Source: an uncultured Nitrososphaerota archaeon
Lineage (GTDB): Archaea; Korarchaeota; Korarchaeia; Korarchaeales; Korarchaeaceae
DNA length: 32,000 nt
Assembly (NCBI GenBank): GCA_964480775.1
Contig: CAYZRF010000015.1
Span: forward strand, 15,359 to 47,358
Direction: 5' to 3'
The translations under genes and the position numbers were made by a program. This document shows positions 17,771-25,780 of this stretch, one piece after another. How positions within the stretch are numbered: position 1 is the stretch's first letter; each line of letters opens with the position of its first letter. The notes beneath the pieces are model-generated. The model was given only the letters and a program-made list of their open reading frames with translations. It had not been told where the DNA came from and made no database searches.

Positions 17771-18803
17771 GTTGGAGGGTGCCTTACGTTCTTCTAGAAC
17801 CGCTCTCGTAAGAATTTCTGAGGAAAGCAGGGTTCCTCTTATTGGTGCCATTCCATTTGGGTTGATAGATAGAGGAACAAATGTCATTCAGGTTAGGCCC
17901 TCATCTATGTGCCCCCTTTCATGCATCTTTTGTTCTACAGATGCTGGTCCAAACTCAAGAACAAGACTTGCTGAGTACCTCGTTGATTTGGATTATATGA
18001 TCGCGTACTTTGAAAAACTGGTTGATTTCAAGGGGATAGATGACATAGAGGGGCATATCGATACCGTTGGAGATCCCCTAACTTATCCTTACCTTACAGA
18101 CCTCATTAAGAGGTTAAAACAAGATCCTAGAGTTAAGATAGTCTCAATCCAGACTCACGGCCATCTTTTGACCGAGGAAAAGGTATATGAGATGGAAGAA
18201 GCTGGTTTGGACAGGATAAACCTCAGCATAGACTCGCTTGATGCTGGGCGTGCTCGACTTCTCAGCGGTTCTCCCTATTATGACGTTGGAAAAGTGAAGG
18301 AACTGGCCAAAACAATAACAGAACGCACGAATATTGATCTTTTGATAGCTCCCGTTTGGGTTCCAGGAATTAACGATAAAGACATGCCTAAACTGATAGA
18401 GTTCGCTTTGTCCATAGGTGCTGGCAAAAGGTGGCCGCCCCTTGGAATTCAAAAGTACATTCCTCATAGGCTCGGGAGGAAGCCAAAAAACATCAAACCG
18501 ATGAGTTGGACCAAGTTTTATTCTGCTTTAGAACGTTGGGAATCCGAATTTGGTGTTAAGTTAATTCTCTCACCTAAGGACTTTGGAACTCATCTAGCCC
18601 CAAAGCTTCCAAACGTAATGAAGCTCGGCCAGGTTGTAAGGGCTAGAATAATTGGGCTTGGTTGGCGAAAAGGCGAAGCTCTTGCCGTGGTTAAGAACAG
18701 GGCCCTTATGATCCTAAATGCTGCAAGTCTACCTTTGGGCTCTGAGGTAAGAGTAAGGATAATCAGGGATAAAGACAACATCTACATGGGAAAGCTTGTT
18801 TAG
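17754..18803 (+). CDS. Radical SAM protein with a C-terminal TRAM/OB-like domain
   Basis: The CxxxCxxC cluster motif is present (MCPLSCIFCS). The C-terminal segment GQVVRARIIGLGWRKGEALAVV...GSEVRVRIIRD resembles a TRAM domain. The GTG start overlaps the helicase 3' end by 17 nt, but the start is uncertain. Confidence 0.72.
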   Translation: MRDGNRLEGALRSSRTALVRISEESRVPLIGAIPFGLIDRGTNVIQVRPSSMCPLSCIFCSTDAGPNSRTRLAEYLVDLDYMIAYFEKLVDFKGIDDIEGHIDTVGDPLTYPYLTDLIKRLKQDPRVKIVSIQTHGHLLTEEKVYEMEEAGLDRINLSIDSLDAGRARLLSGSPYYDVGKVKELAKTITERTNIDLLIAPVWVPGINDKDMPKLIEFALSIGAGKRWPPLGIQKYIPHRLGRKPKNIKPMSWTKFYSALERWESEFGVKLILSPKDFGTHLAPKLPNVMKLGQVVRARIIGLGWRKGEALAVVKNRALMILNAASLPLGSEVRVRIIRDKDNIYMGKLV

Positions 18804-18931
18804 ATGGATTTATTCCCAACATTGAATAATGATCTCAAGGGCTTCAGTTTTTAAAAGGTGAAATTCCTGTCGGATTGGAATCCCTGATAACCCCAAGATA
18901 ATAACATGAGATAGGAGGTTAATCTAGAAAG

Positions 18932-20173
18932 ATGAAATCCAGTTCTATATCCAAGTATAAGTTCAGAAAACTGCTAAAAATGCTCAAGGAGAAACAGGGG
19001 AGAGGCACTGAACTAATCTCGCTGTACATACCTCCAGGCAGGAATATCTTCGATGTAGGCAACTATTTGAGGCAGGAGCAAGACCAAGCAGGGAACATAA
19101 AGGACAAGTTAACGAGGAAAAACGTTCAATCATCAATAGAGAAGCTCATCCAATACCTGAAGCTCTATAGGAAGACGCCACCAAATGGTCTGGCGCTGTT
19201 CTGTGGAGCGATTCCTAGGGGTCCAGTAAGAGGGACCGAGAAGATAGAGATGTACGCGATAGAACCCCCTGAACCGGTAAGGTCCTTCATGTATGTATGC
19301 GACCAAACCTTCTATCTGGAGCCGTTAGAGGAGATGGCAAGGGAAAAGGACGTTTACGCCCTTCTAGTACTTGACAGAGGCGGCGGAACTATAGCGCTGT
19401 TGAGAGGAGCAAACTACTCTATTGTTAACAAAGTTTCTTCGGACGTGCCTCCAAAGCATAGTGCAGGTGGTTGGTCTCAGAGAAGGTTTGAGAGAATAAG
19501 AGAGGAGAAGGTCCATGAGTTCTTCAAGAAGTTTGGAGATGCGGCTAACAAATCTTTGCTTCCCTACCTCTCGGAACTCAAGGGGATAATCATAGGAGGC
19601 CCTGGCGATGCGAGGGAATTATTCGAACAGGGGAATTATCTGGATTATCGCCTGAAATCGAAAATCCTTGCCAACTTGCCCCTCTCGTATTCAGGGGAAG
19701 GCGGGCTCAGAGAGCTCATTGAAAAATCTATGGACGTCCTGAAAGGCGCTGCTCTAGTGGAAGAGAAGGAAGCTGTAGATAAGATCTTCAGGACCTTGGC
19801 GAGAAATCCAAACCTAGTGGCTTATGGAGTTAAGGACGTGCTACAGTCTTTGATGAGCGGACAGGCAGAGATGGTAGTTGTCCTGAACGACTTGAATTAC
19901 CTACACGTAAAACGAACTTGCCAGAACTGTGGTTTTGAAGAAGAGAAGCTCATAAAGGCCGAAGAGTTTGAAACTCAGGAGAACTCCATGCCCTGCCCGA
20001 AGTGTGGATCCACAACTTTTGAGGTTGAGAAAGAAGATATAATCGACTACATCGTTACTTTAGCAGAAGCGATATCTGCAGACGTCGTCGTTATATCAAG
20101 CGAGACTGAATGGGGCGAACAGTTAAAGTCCCTTGGGGGAGTAGCCGCCTTACTTAGATATGAAGCAAGCTGA
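18932..20173 (+). CDS. prf1: Peptide chain release factor aRF1 homolog with atypical GGW (for GGQ) and NIKD (for NIKS) motifs
   Basis: Collinear with aRF1/eRF1: GRGTELISLYIPP, NIK-loop AGNIKDKLTRKNV, YVCDQTF (YxCxxxF), KHSAGGWSQRRFERIREE, and a C-terminal CxxC...CxxC mini-domain. The codon at 19472-19474 is TGG. Confidence 0.85.
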   Translation: MKSSSISKYKFRKLLKMLKEKQGRGTELISLYIPPGRNIFDVGNYLRQEQDQAGNIKDKLTRKNVQSSIEKLIQYLKLYRKTPPNGLALFCGAIPRGPVRGTEKIEMYAIEPPEPVRSFMYVCDQTFYLEPLEEMAREKDVYALLVLDRGGGTIALLRGANYSIVNKVSSDVPPKHSAGGWSQRRFERIREEKVHEFFKKFGDAANKSLLPYLSELKGIIIGGPGDARELFEQGNYLDYRLKSKILANLPLSYSGEGGLRELIEKSMDVLKGAALVEEKEAVDKIFRTLARNPNLVAYGVKDVLQSLMSGQAEMVVVLNDLNYLHVKRTCQNCGFEEEKLIKAEEFETQENSMPCPKCGSTTFEVEKEDIIDYIVTLAEAISADVVVISSETEWGEQLKSLGGVAALLRYEAS

Positions 20174-20176
20174 TAA

Positions 20177-20186
20177 CTTTTTATTT
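20177..20186 (+). promoter_or_regulatory. TATA-like box (CTTTTTATTT) about 24 nt upstream of tRNA-Ala
   Basis: A/T-rich box at the appropriate distance, immediately after the aRF1 stop. Confidence 0.4.
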
Positions 20187-20205
20187 GGCTAACGGAGAAA
20201 TCTGT

Positions 20206-20309
20206 GGGCCGGTAGCGCAGTCTGGTAGCGCGCCGCTCTCGCACTAAAAACGGTGATTTGCCGTCTTTGCGAACAGCGGAGGTCGCGGGTTCGAATCCCG
20301 CCCGGTCCA
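20206..20309 (+). tRNA. tRNA-Ala (anticodon CGC at 20240-20242) with a 30-nt intron (20244-20273, boundary ambiguous by 1 nt)
   Basis: Acceptor GGGCCGG/CCGGUCC contains the G3:U70 alanine identity pair. Anticodon stem CCGCU/AGCGG. The anticodon region UCGC pairs with GCGA at the intron 3' end. T arm GCGGG-UUCGAAU-CCCGC. No encoded CCA. Confidence 0.9.
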
Positions 20310-20313
20310 CTCC

Positions 20314-20343
20314 TTTTTGATTCCACAACTTTCCTCCTTTTTT
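20314..20343 (+). terminator. Oligo-T tracts (T5 at 20314-20318, T6 at 20338-20343) downstream of tRNA-Ala
   Basis: Archaeal RNA polymerase terminates at oligo-T runs, and two such runs lie directly after the tRNA. Confidence 0.4.
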
Positions 20344-20458
20344 GGCCTTCGACTAGCACGGGAACATTAGTTGAACCCTCAAGGTAATTAGCTTATTTCG
20401 TTTAGAACATCTCGATTTTCAAAATAATTAATGATAACAGAGAGTTTTTACTTAAAAG

Positions 20459-20530
20459 AGCCGGGGCCGGGATTTGAACCCGGGATCTGCTGGTCTGCAG
20501 CCAGCCGCCTTGCCACTCGGCTACCCCGGC
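20459..20530 (-). tRNA. tRNA-Cys (anticodon GCA), no intron
   Basis: The reverse complement reads GCCGGGG-UA-GCC..GGC-G-GCUGG-CUGCAGA-CCAGC-AGAUC-CCGGG-UUCAAAU-CCCGG-CCCCGGC-U. The U73 discriminator fits Cys. Confidence 0.92.
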
Positions 20531-20613
20531 TTATCCTACAAAGATATCGGCTTGGCTTATTTTAATCTTCCGACATTGAATTAAAATCAGTAAATCGCTT
20601 CTTACCTTCTCTC

Positions 20614-21903
20614 TTAGGCAAGTTTTCCCTTTATTTCTTCTATAAGCCTATCTAGAGGGATTTCTAACTCCTCACCACTATCTAGATCCCTTATTTTTAC
20701 TGCCTTCCTTTCAAGCTCCTTCCTTCCCAGCAAAACCGCAAACTTACACCCTCTCTTATCGGCATATTCAAGCTGCTTAGACAAAGGTCTCTCCCTCAGC
20801 TCTACCTCTGTTTTTATCCCAGCCGTTCGAAGATCCCTTGCTGTCTTAAGGGCAATGGGTTTTAGCTCTTGTCCTATGTAGGCGACAAAGACAGGCCTCC
20901 TTTCCCCTACCTCAATTATCCTCTTCTCCATAGCCGCTTCGACTAGACGATCGATTCCAAACGACATGCCAACGCACGGGATGTCTCGTCCTCCGTACAA
21001 GCTTATGAGATTATCATATCTTCCCCCTCCGCAAACCGAGTATGGTATTCCCTCCACCAAAATCTCGAAGACCATGCCTGTGTAGTAGGCTAATCCCCTA
21101 ACGATGTTTGGGGAAAAGAGAATCCACTTGCTTAATCCCATCTCTTTTCCAAGGTCAAAGAGCTTGGTTAAGCGCTCTATGACCTGCCTTAGCTTGGGCT
21201 CCTTCAGCATTGCAAGAGCCTCTCCTGGAGACTTCTTCTTCAATCCTAAAACGAACATTATCCTATCGAAGAGCTCTTTTCTGTCATCTAAGGCAGATAA
21301 AAGCTCTCGTTCAAACGTTTCTTTAGTAACCTTGTTTTTCTTGTCGATAACTAGCATCACCCTGTATTGTTGGCCAGGATCAAATCCTTCTTGTCCCAGC
21401 ATCTCCCTGAAGATCCGAACATCGTTTACTTCAACCCTAAAGTCCTTAAAACCCAGAGCCAACATTGAATCGATTACTAGGGATATAACCTCGAGGTCCG
21501 ACTCTACGGAGGATGCACCTATCAGCTCGACACCTGCCTGCCAAAACTCCCTATACCTCATTTTCTGGGGTTCATCGTATCTGAACACGCTCCCGAAGTA
21601 ACTCCATTTGACGGGAAGCTTTAGCTCCCCAGCCTTCTGTACGAAGAGCCTAGCTATCGATGGGGTGAATTCTGGCCTTAAAGCCACTTTTCTGCCGCCA
21701 AAGTCAGTAAAGGTATACATATGCCTCTCTATTTCCTCTCCAGACTTCCTTTCGAATAGAGAAAATGGTTCCAGCGTAGGTAATACAACTTCTTCGAATC
21801 CGTAGAGAGTAAATACCGTTCTTAACGTATCCTCTACCCTTTGAAGTACCCTTACTTCCTTGGGTAGCAGTACCCTAAAGCCCCTTAGCGGTGAGAAATC
21901 CAT
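20614..21903 (-). CDS. hisS: Histidyl-tRNA synthetase
   Basis: 429 aa with class II motifs: LRPEFTPSIARLF, FRYDEPQKMRYREFWQAGVELIG and GGGRYDNL, plus a C-terminal anticodon-binding domain. Confidence 0.93.
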   Translation of the reverse strand: MDFSPLRGFRVLLPKEVRVLQRVEDTLRTVFTLYGFEEVVLPTLEPFSLFERKSGEEIERHMYTFTDFGGRKVALRPEFTPSIARLFVQKAGELKLPVKWSYFGSVFRYDEPQKMRYREFWQAGVELIGASSVESDLEVISLVIDSMLALGFKDFRVEVNDVRIFREMLGQEGFDPGQQYRVMLVIDKKNKVTKETFERELLSALDDRKELFDRIMFVLGLKKKSPGEALAMLKEPKLRQVIERLTKLFDLGKEMGLSKWILFSPNIVRGLAYYTGMVFEILVEGIPYSVCGGGRYDNLISLYGGRDIPCVGMSFGIDRLVEAAMEKRIIEVGERRPVFVAYIGQELKPIALKTARDLRTAGIKTEVELRERPLSKQLEYADKRGCKFAVLLGRKELERKAVKIRDLDSGEELEIPLDRLIEEIKGKLA

Positions 21904-21927
21904 CCCAAGAGTTGTCCAGCATGAATA

Positions 21928-21937
21928 CTTAAATAAA
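21928..21937 (+). promoter_or_regulatory. TATA-like box (CTTAAATAAA) about 26 nt upstream of tRNA-Arg
   Basis: A/T-rich box in the hisS / tRNA-Arg divergent intergenic region. Confidence 0.4.
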
Positions 21938-21958
21938 CCCTAGGTCTCTCCTACCATC

Positions 21959-22051
21959 GGGCCCGTAGCTCAGTAGGATTAGAGCGACGGCCTCCTAGGC
22001 CTCGTCGAAGAAAGCCGTAGGTCGCGGGTTCGAGTCCCGCCGGGCCCGCCA
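21959..22051 (+). tRNA. tRNA-Arg (anticodon CCU at 21994-21996) with a 15-nt intron at 37/38 (21998-22012), encoded CCA
   Basis: GGGCCCG-UA-GCUC..GAGC-G-ACGGC-CUCCUA|intron|A-GCCGU-AGGUC-GCGGG-UUCGAGU-CCCGC-CGGGCCC-G-CCA. Confidence 0.9.
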
Positions 22052-22094
22052 TAATTCCTTTTTAGCTGGAAATGGAGACTATGGTAGAGGTATA

Positions 22095-23108
22095 ATGAGG
22101 CTGCAGAAACTTTCAATAGCGTGCTTGATCTTGGTCTTAACAACCCTCTCGGCGTTACAAGTGGGCACACAGCAACCTCAGGCCCCTACGTATGGAGCTA
22201 TCGTGGTGCGTGGTGATATATATGCTGACTGGACGTTAGCCATGGCTTTCTCCATGAAGGAAAGGATTCCAGTGCTTACGTTGTATAAAGAGGTAAATGA
22301 GGAGGAAGTTATTGGGGTTTTAACTAGCTTGTCAGAGGCAAGACGATCTGTTCTTATCGTCGGGGACTCTATGGCTGTTCCTAGGGGATTTGAAATCATC
22401 CTAAAGTCCATGGGGATAGATGTGGACAGGGTTGGAGGAGCTACAAGATCAGATACATCCCTTCAGATGATAATAAGAGGCTTTTGGGTTGAGAGCAAGG
22501 AGTTAATTGTGGTCGACGGTCAGAAGAGGGAGCTTTACATTCCAGCTCTCTCTTTATCATCAACATGTTTGGCTCCTATAATCTACTCCACTGAAGGACG
22601 TCTCCCTGAGAATTTCTACAAAGTCCTAGAAAACTACATGCCAAATCTTGAAACGATATTTGTTATAGACAACTCTCTTGCCGATGAAGACTTAGCGGAT
22701 TTAATTAACAAAGGCTATGAGATAAAGAAAATGAATATTACGACTGTAGAGGTTCCCAGCAAGAGTTCATTTGAACAAGCATTGATGTGGCTAAAGGGAA
22801 AGGCCCTAGGAATTATTGTTGGCCTAATTACGGGAACGGTTGTGTCCTATGCTATGATTTTGAGGAGAAAAAGGTCTTCCACTGAATTCCTGATGAACTT
22901 CTTAACGAGAGACGAGAGGACTCTCGTTGAAGTAATCAAGAAGAATAAAGAAGTAAAGCAGGAAGATCTTCCAGATTTGACAGGCTTTTCTCGCCCTAAG
23001 ATAAGTAGAATGGTAAACGAACTAGTAAGTAGGGGCATATTGGATAAAGAAGTTTCAGGGAAGACGTATGTGTTGAGGGTTAGGAATCTATTTAAGGAGG
23101 GAACTTGA
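22095..23108 (+). CDS. Membrane-anchored winged-helix protein: signal peptide, extracytoplasmic domain, one TM helix, cytoplasmic MarR/TrmB-like wHTH
   Basis: N-terminal hydrophobic signal (LSIACLILVLTTLSALQ). The roughly 200-aa ectodomain has segments reminiscent of cell-wall-binding-repeat-2-type folds (VVRGDIYADWTLAMAF, VGGATRSDTSLQM). TM segment is ALGIIVGLITGTVVSYAMIL. It ends with LTRDERTLVEVIKKNKEVKQEDLPDLTGFSRPKISRMVNELVSRGILD. Confidence 0.6.
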   Translation: MRLQKLSIACLILVLTTLSALQVGTQQPQAPTYGAIVVRGDIYADWTLAMAFSMKERIPVLTLYKEVNEEEVIGVLTSLSEARRSVLIVGDSMAVPRGFEIILKSMGIDVDRVGGATRSDTSLQMIIRGFWVESKELIVVDGQKRELYIPALSLSSTCLAPIIYSTEGRLPENFYKVLENYMPNLETIFVIDNSLADEDLADLINKGYEIKKMNITTVEVPSKSSFEQALMWLKGKALGIIVGLITGTVVSYAMILRRKRSSTEFLMNFLTRDERTLVEVIKKNKEVKQEDLPDLTGFSRPKISRMVNELVSRGILDKEVSGKTYVLRVRNLFKEGT

Positions 23109-23137
23109 CCTAACCATTCGAGGTTGGAGGGTCAGAG

Positions 23138-23311
23138 ATGTCAAGAGAAGAATTGTATTGCACGTCCTGCGGAAAGAGGGTAACATATCAGCCTTCGTTG
23201 GTGGTCTTTTCCTGTCCGAACTGTGGCGAGGCCACCATAGTACGCTGTAAAACATGCAGACAGCAGGCAAACTGTTATATATGTCCTGTGTGTGGTTTCG
23301 AAGGTCCTTAG
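23138..23311 (+). CDS. Small zinc-ribbon protein with four CxxC motifs (COG2888-like, conserved neighbour of aEF-1beta)
   Basis: 57-aa ORF absent from the supplied track because it is under 60 aa: MSREELYCTSCGKRVTYQPSLVVFSCPNCGEATIVRCKTCRQQANCYICPVCGFEGP. GGAGG lies upstream. Its stop is 12 nt before the aEF-1beta ATG. Confidence 0.7.
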   Translation: MSREELYCTSCGKRVTYQPSLVVFSCPNCGEATIVRCKTCRQQANCYICPVCGFEGP

Positions 23312-23323
23312 AGGTTGATAAAC

Positions 23324-23590
23324 ATGGGTAGCGTTTTAATGGAAGTGCGTGTCCTGTTAGAGGTAGAAACAGATCACGAGAAGGTTCTGGATTCTATAAG
23401 AAATTCTCTATCGGTGAGCAATGCTGAACTCCTTGAGTTCAACAAGGTACCAATAGCTTTTGGAATAGAGGCCCTAAATCTATTAATACGAGCTCCTGAG
23501 GAGGAAGAGATAACTACTAAGGTGGTAGACGGTATAAAGAATGTGGAAGGAGTAAGTAGTGTTGAGATTGGTAGAACTTCTAGGATGTGA
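23324..23590 (+). CDS. ef1b: Elongation factor 1-beta (aEF-1beta)
   Basis: About 88 aa. VPIAFGIEALNLLIRAPEEEE...VEGVSSVEI matches the aEF-1beta pattern and length. Confidence 0.85.
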   Translation: MGSVLMEVRVLLEVETDHEKVLDSIRNSLSVSNAELLEFNKVPIAFGIEALNLLIRAPEEEEITTKVVDGIKNVEGVSSVEIGRTSRM

Positions 23591-23596
23591 GCTGAA

Positions 23597-23866
23597 ATGG
23601 CTGTTGCTAGTATGTCTCTTCCTGTTTGGTACGTAATTTATGGTTTTCTAAAGAAATGTGGTGAGGAGGGAATTACAGACAAAGAGCTGTACGAAAAAAT
23701 CGTTTCTGAAAACCCATGGATCTCCCTCCCTCAAATCTCTGAGGCTTTGCTCAAGCTAGAAGCAGCGGGGAAGATCAGAACTGTGAGAGGAGGAAAGAAA
23801 GGTACTCTTGTTATTGAACTGTTGGAAGGACGTAAACACCGATATGTGCTCTCGGATGAGGATTGA
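23597..23866 (+). CDS. Small hypothetical protein, possibly winged-helix
   Basis: 89-aa ORF on the same strand, directly after ef1b. ITDKELYEKIV...ISLPQISEALLKLEAAGKIRTV resembles a wHTH recognition helix plus wing. I recognise no family. Confidence 0.45.
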   Translation: MAVASMSLPVWYVIYGFLKKCGEEGITDKELYEKIVSENPWISLPQISEALLKLEAAGKIRTVRGGKKGTLVIELLEGRKHRYVLSDED

Positions 23867-23869
23867 GTG

Positions 23870-24889
23870 TTAAAACCAGGCTTCTAGCCCTTCTGAGGAA
23901 GGTTTACTTTTTCCAAGCTCTTCTAGAGTTTTTTCTACCCTTTTTGGGGAGAATTCATGTTGATTCACCATAAAATCGTACAGTTTCTCCTCATCAACTG
24001 GTTTTAGACTTAGATCATATTCGTCTGAAGTTGGAGGTTCCAAGAAAAACTCGAAAATCTCCTTTGGATCGATTTCAAACTCCCATTTTACGTGCTTGAG
24101 GATTTCTTCAAGCGTTTCGCAAGATTCAACTAATTTTAAGGCCTTCTTAGGGCCTATCCCTTTAATCCCTCCAGGATTATAGTCTGTGCCAACGAGTATG
24201 CCCACTATTATCAGTTGTTCTCTGCTTATACCTAAGTTATCCAGCACCTCCTTGAGTAGGATTTCCTCCGGATAGACCTTTACATATCTTTGCGTCCCTG
24301 GCAATTTCCTCCTTTCAGAGAAGGTTAAGTTCCTCACGAGTCTTGGAGATCCAAAGAGGAGTGAGTCATAATCCTGGGATCCTGCTGCCCATACATCGCC
24401 TTTTCTAGCCATATAGGCTGCTTGAGCCTCACCCTCACTTGGTGCTTGAACTAAAGGAACCCCCATGTATTCGAGGATCTTTTTTGCATCCTCTATCATC
24501 TCTGGAGTCAAAGATAGAGCTGCTTGAGCGTACTTCCTTGCATCCTCTAGTCTTCCAGCTGCAAGTGCTTCTCGCCATTTCTCCATAGCTTCTCTCCTTG
24601 CCTCCTCCCTTTCTTCAACGGTTCCTCTTTTGAAAGGAGGCGGTTCTCCATCGAACACATAAACTGGGGTTATGCCCATCGTTAGAAGTTTTGCTGTCCT
24701 GTAGAAAATACCAGAGTGAACCGATGTTATCTCACCACTGCTTGTCATCAAAGGAGTTCCGTCTCTTTGCCTTATGATCGATAAGAACTGGTACATCGCG
24801 TTGAAGGCATCAATAGCTACAGACTTCCCCCTAAGGTCTTCTAATTCTATCCTATGGGCTATAACTAGGTCGCTTATCTTAACCCCCAT
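23870..24889 (-). CDS. fen: Flap endonuclease FEN1
   Basis: MGVKISDLV...[27 protein letters not shown] is the XPG-N signature. XPG-I and H3TH regions follow ([22 protein letters not shown]), and the C-terminal PIP box is GLEAWF. Start trimmed to Met40 of the listed ORF. Confidence 0.93.
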   Translation of the reverse strand: MGVKISDLVIAHRIELEDLRGKSVAIDAFNAMYQFLSIIRQRDGTPLMTSSGEITSVHSGIFYRTAKLLTMGITPVYVFDGEPPPFKRGTVEEREEARREAMEKWREALAAGRLEDARKYAQAALSLTPEMIEDAKKILEYMGVPLVQAPSEGEAQAAYMARKGDVWAAGSQDYDSLLFGSPRLVRNLTFSERRKLPGTQRYVKVYPEEILLKEVLDNLGISREQLIIVGILVGTDYNPGGIKGIGPKKALKLVESCETLEEILKHVKWEFEIDPKEIFEFFLEPPTSDEYDLSLKPVDEEKLYDFMVNQHEFSPKRVEKTLEELGKSKPSSEGLEAWF

Positions 24890-24950
24890 CAGTTGTCGAG
24901 TAATTTTACTTTGGTTTAAGGATAAAAACAAATCTGGGGAAGTAATTTCA

Positions 24951-25325
24951 ATGGAACTCGAAAAGTGTCCTACAAAATACAAGCAGGTAATTGTGGTTAA
25001 TTCCAACGTGAAAATGAGTAGGGGGAAAACTGCAGCCCAAGTAGCTCATGCGGCATGTGAAGCCTCTGAAGCAGCTAGAAAAATGGTTCCTAATATATGG
25101 CGGGCTTGGAGAGATGAAGGAGCTAAAAAGGTTGTGTTAGCAGCAAGTGAAGAAGAACTTATCGAGATTTATCGGAAAGCTGAAGTGCTGAATATGCCTA
25201 GAGCACTGGTTAGGGACGCTGGTTTGACAGAATTAACCCCTGGAACCCTTACAGCCGTCGCTATAGGTCCTTACGAGGGAGAAAAGATAGATAAGGTAAC
25301 TGGACACTTGAAAATCCTGAAATAA
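24951..25325 (+). CDS. pth2: Peptidyl-tRNA hydrolase, archaeal type (Pth2)
   Basis: [25 protein letters not shown]...[21 protein letters not shown] is the Pth2 signature. Start trimmed to ATG 24951, because the upstream part of the ORF overlaps fen on the opposite strand. Confidence 0.9.
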   Translation: MELEKCPTKYKQVIVVNSNVKMSRGKTAAQVAHAACEASEAARKMVPNIWRAWRDEGAKKVVLAASEEELIEIYRKAEVLNMPRALVRDAGLTELTPGTLTAVAIGPYEGEKIDKVTGHLKILK

Positions 25326-25327
25326 TC

Positions 25328-25741
25328 TTATAACGTTTTGATTTCCAGCAAAAGGTCTTCTTCTCTCTTTAACATCTCTATTATTGATCTTGGAATATCT
25401 TTTGCCGCAGCAGTCGCCCCTATAGCTATCGTACGTTCATCTATGTAATTTGATTTCCTGAAGACAATCTCTTTATCTGATGTAAGCTTTAATTTCCTGG
25501 ATCCTCGCGCTTTGAATGAGAATTCGCTGTTTCCTACCGAGATCACGACTTCTATTTGACCTCCAGCCAGCAAATATCTCTTTAGCTCAGAAGAGAGGGT
25601 TTTAACGGCTTTATCTGCCATAACTCCAATTATACAATCAGCTCTAATTGATATCGTAGCTTCTCTGGTTACTTCAATCGTTGTTTTGTGCTTAGCAGTT
25701 ATGTTTGGATGACCTTTTGCTCGTATGACATCTTTGATCAA
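25328..25741 (-). CDS. DUF371 family protein (archaeal, function unknown)
   Basis: 137 aa. AKGHPNITAKHKTTIEVT...ADCIIGVMAD matches my recollection of the DUF371/COG2090 signature. Confidence 0.65.
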   Translation of the reverse strand: MIKDVIRAKGHPNITAKHKTTIEVTREATISIRADCIIGVMADKAVKTLSSELKRYLLAGGQIEVVISVGNSEFSFKARGSRKLKLTSDKEIVFRKSNYIDERTIAIGATAAAKDIPRSIIEMLKREEDLLLEIKTL

Positions 25742-25780
25742 TCCAACAAAATTATCTCTTACCCAAGCATAAAAAGCAAG

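Noticed and set aside
18804-18931. C/D-box-like pieces (AAUGAUC ... CUGA) and a GGAUUGGAAUCC palindrome upstream of aRF1
   Set aside because: The boxes are degenerate, the spacing does not fit the 12-nt guide rule, and there is no internal D'/C' pair. This is most likely ordinary promoter or leader sequence.
20047-20328. 93-aa minus-strand ORF (and similarly 21979..22170)
   Set aside because: These ORFs run straight through tRNA-Ala and tRNA-Arg respectively, so the open frames are coincidental.
21104-21601. 165-aa ORF on the plus strand inside hisS
   Set aside because: It lies entirely within the well-supported minus-strand HisRS gene and has a low-complexity Ser-rich sequence.
23870-25006. 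N-terminal extensions of the listed ORFs for fen (to 25006), pth2 (from 24774) and the nitrilase-family gene (from 13708)
   Set aside because: The extensions overlap the divergent neighbouring genes and lack similarity to the respective families. Internal ATGs give proteins starting at the conserved N-termini (MGVKISDL for FEN1; [16 protein letters not shown] for Pth2).
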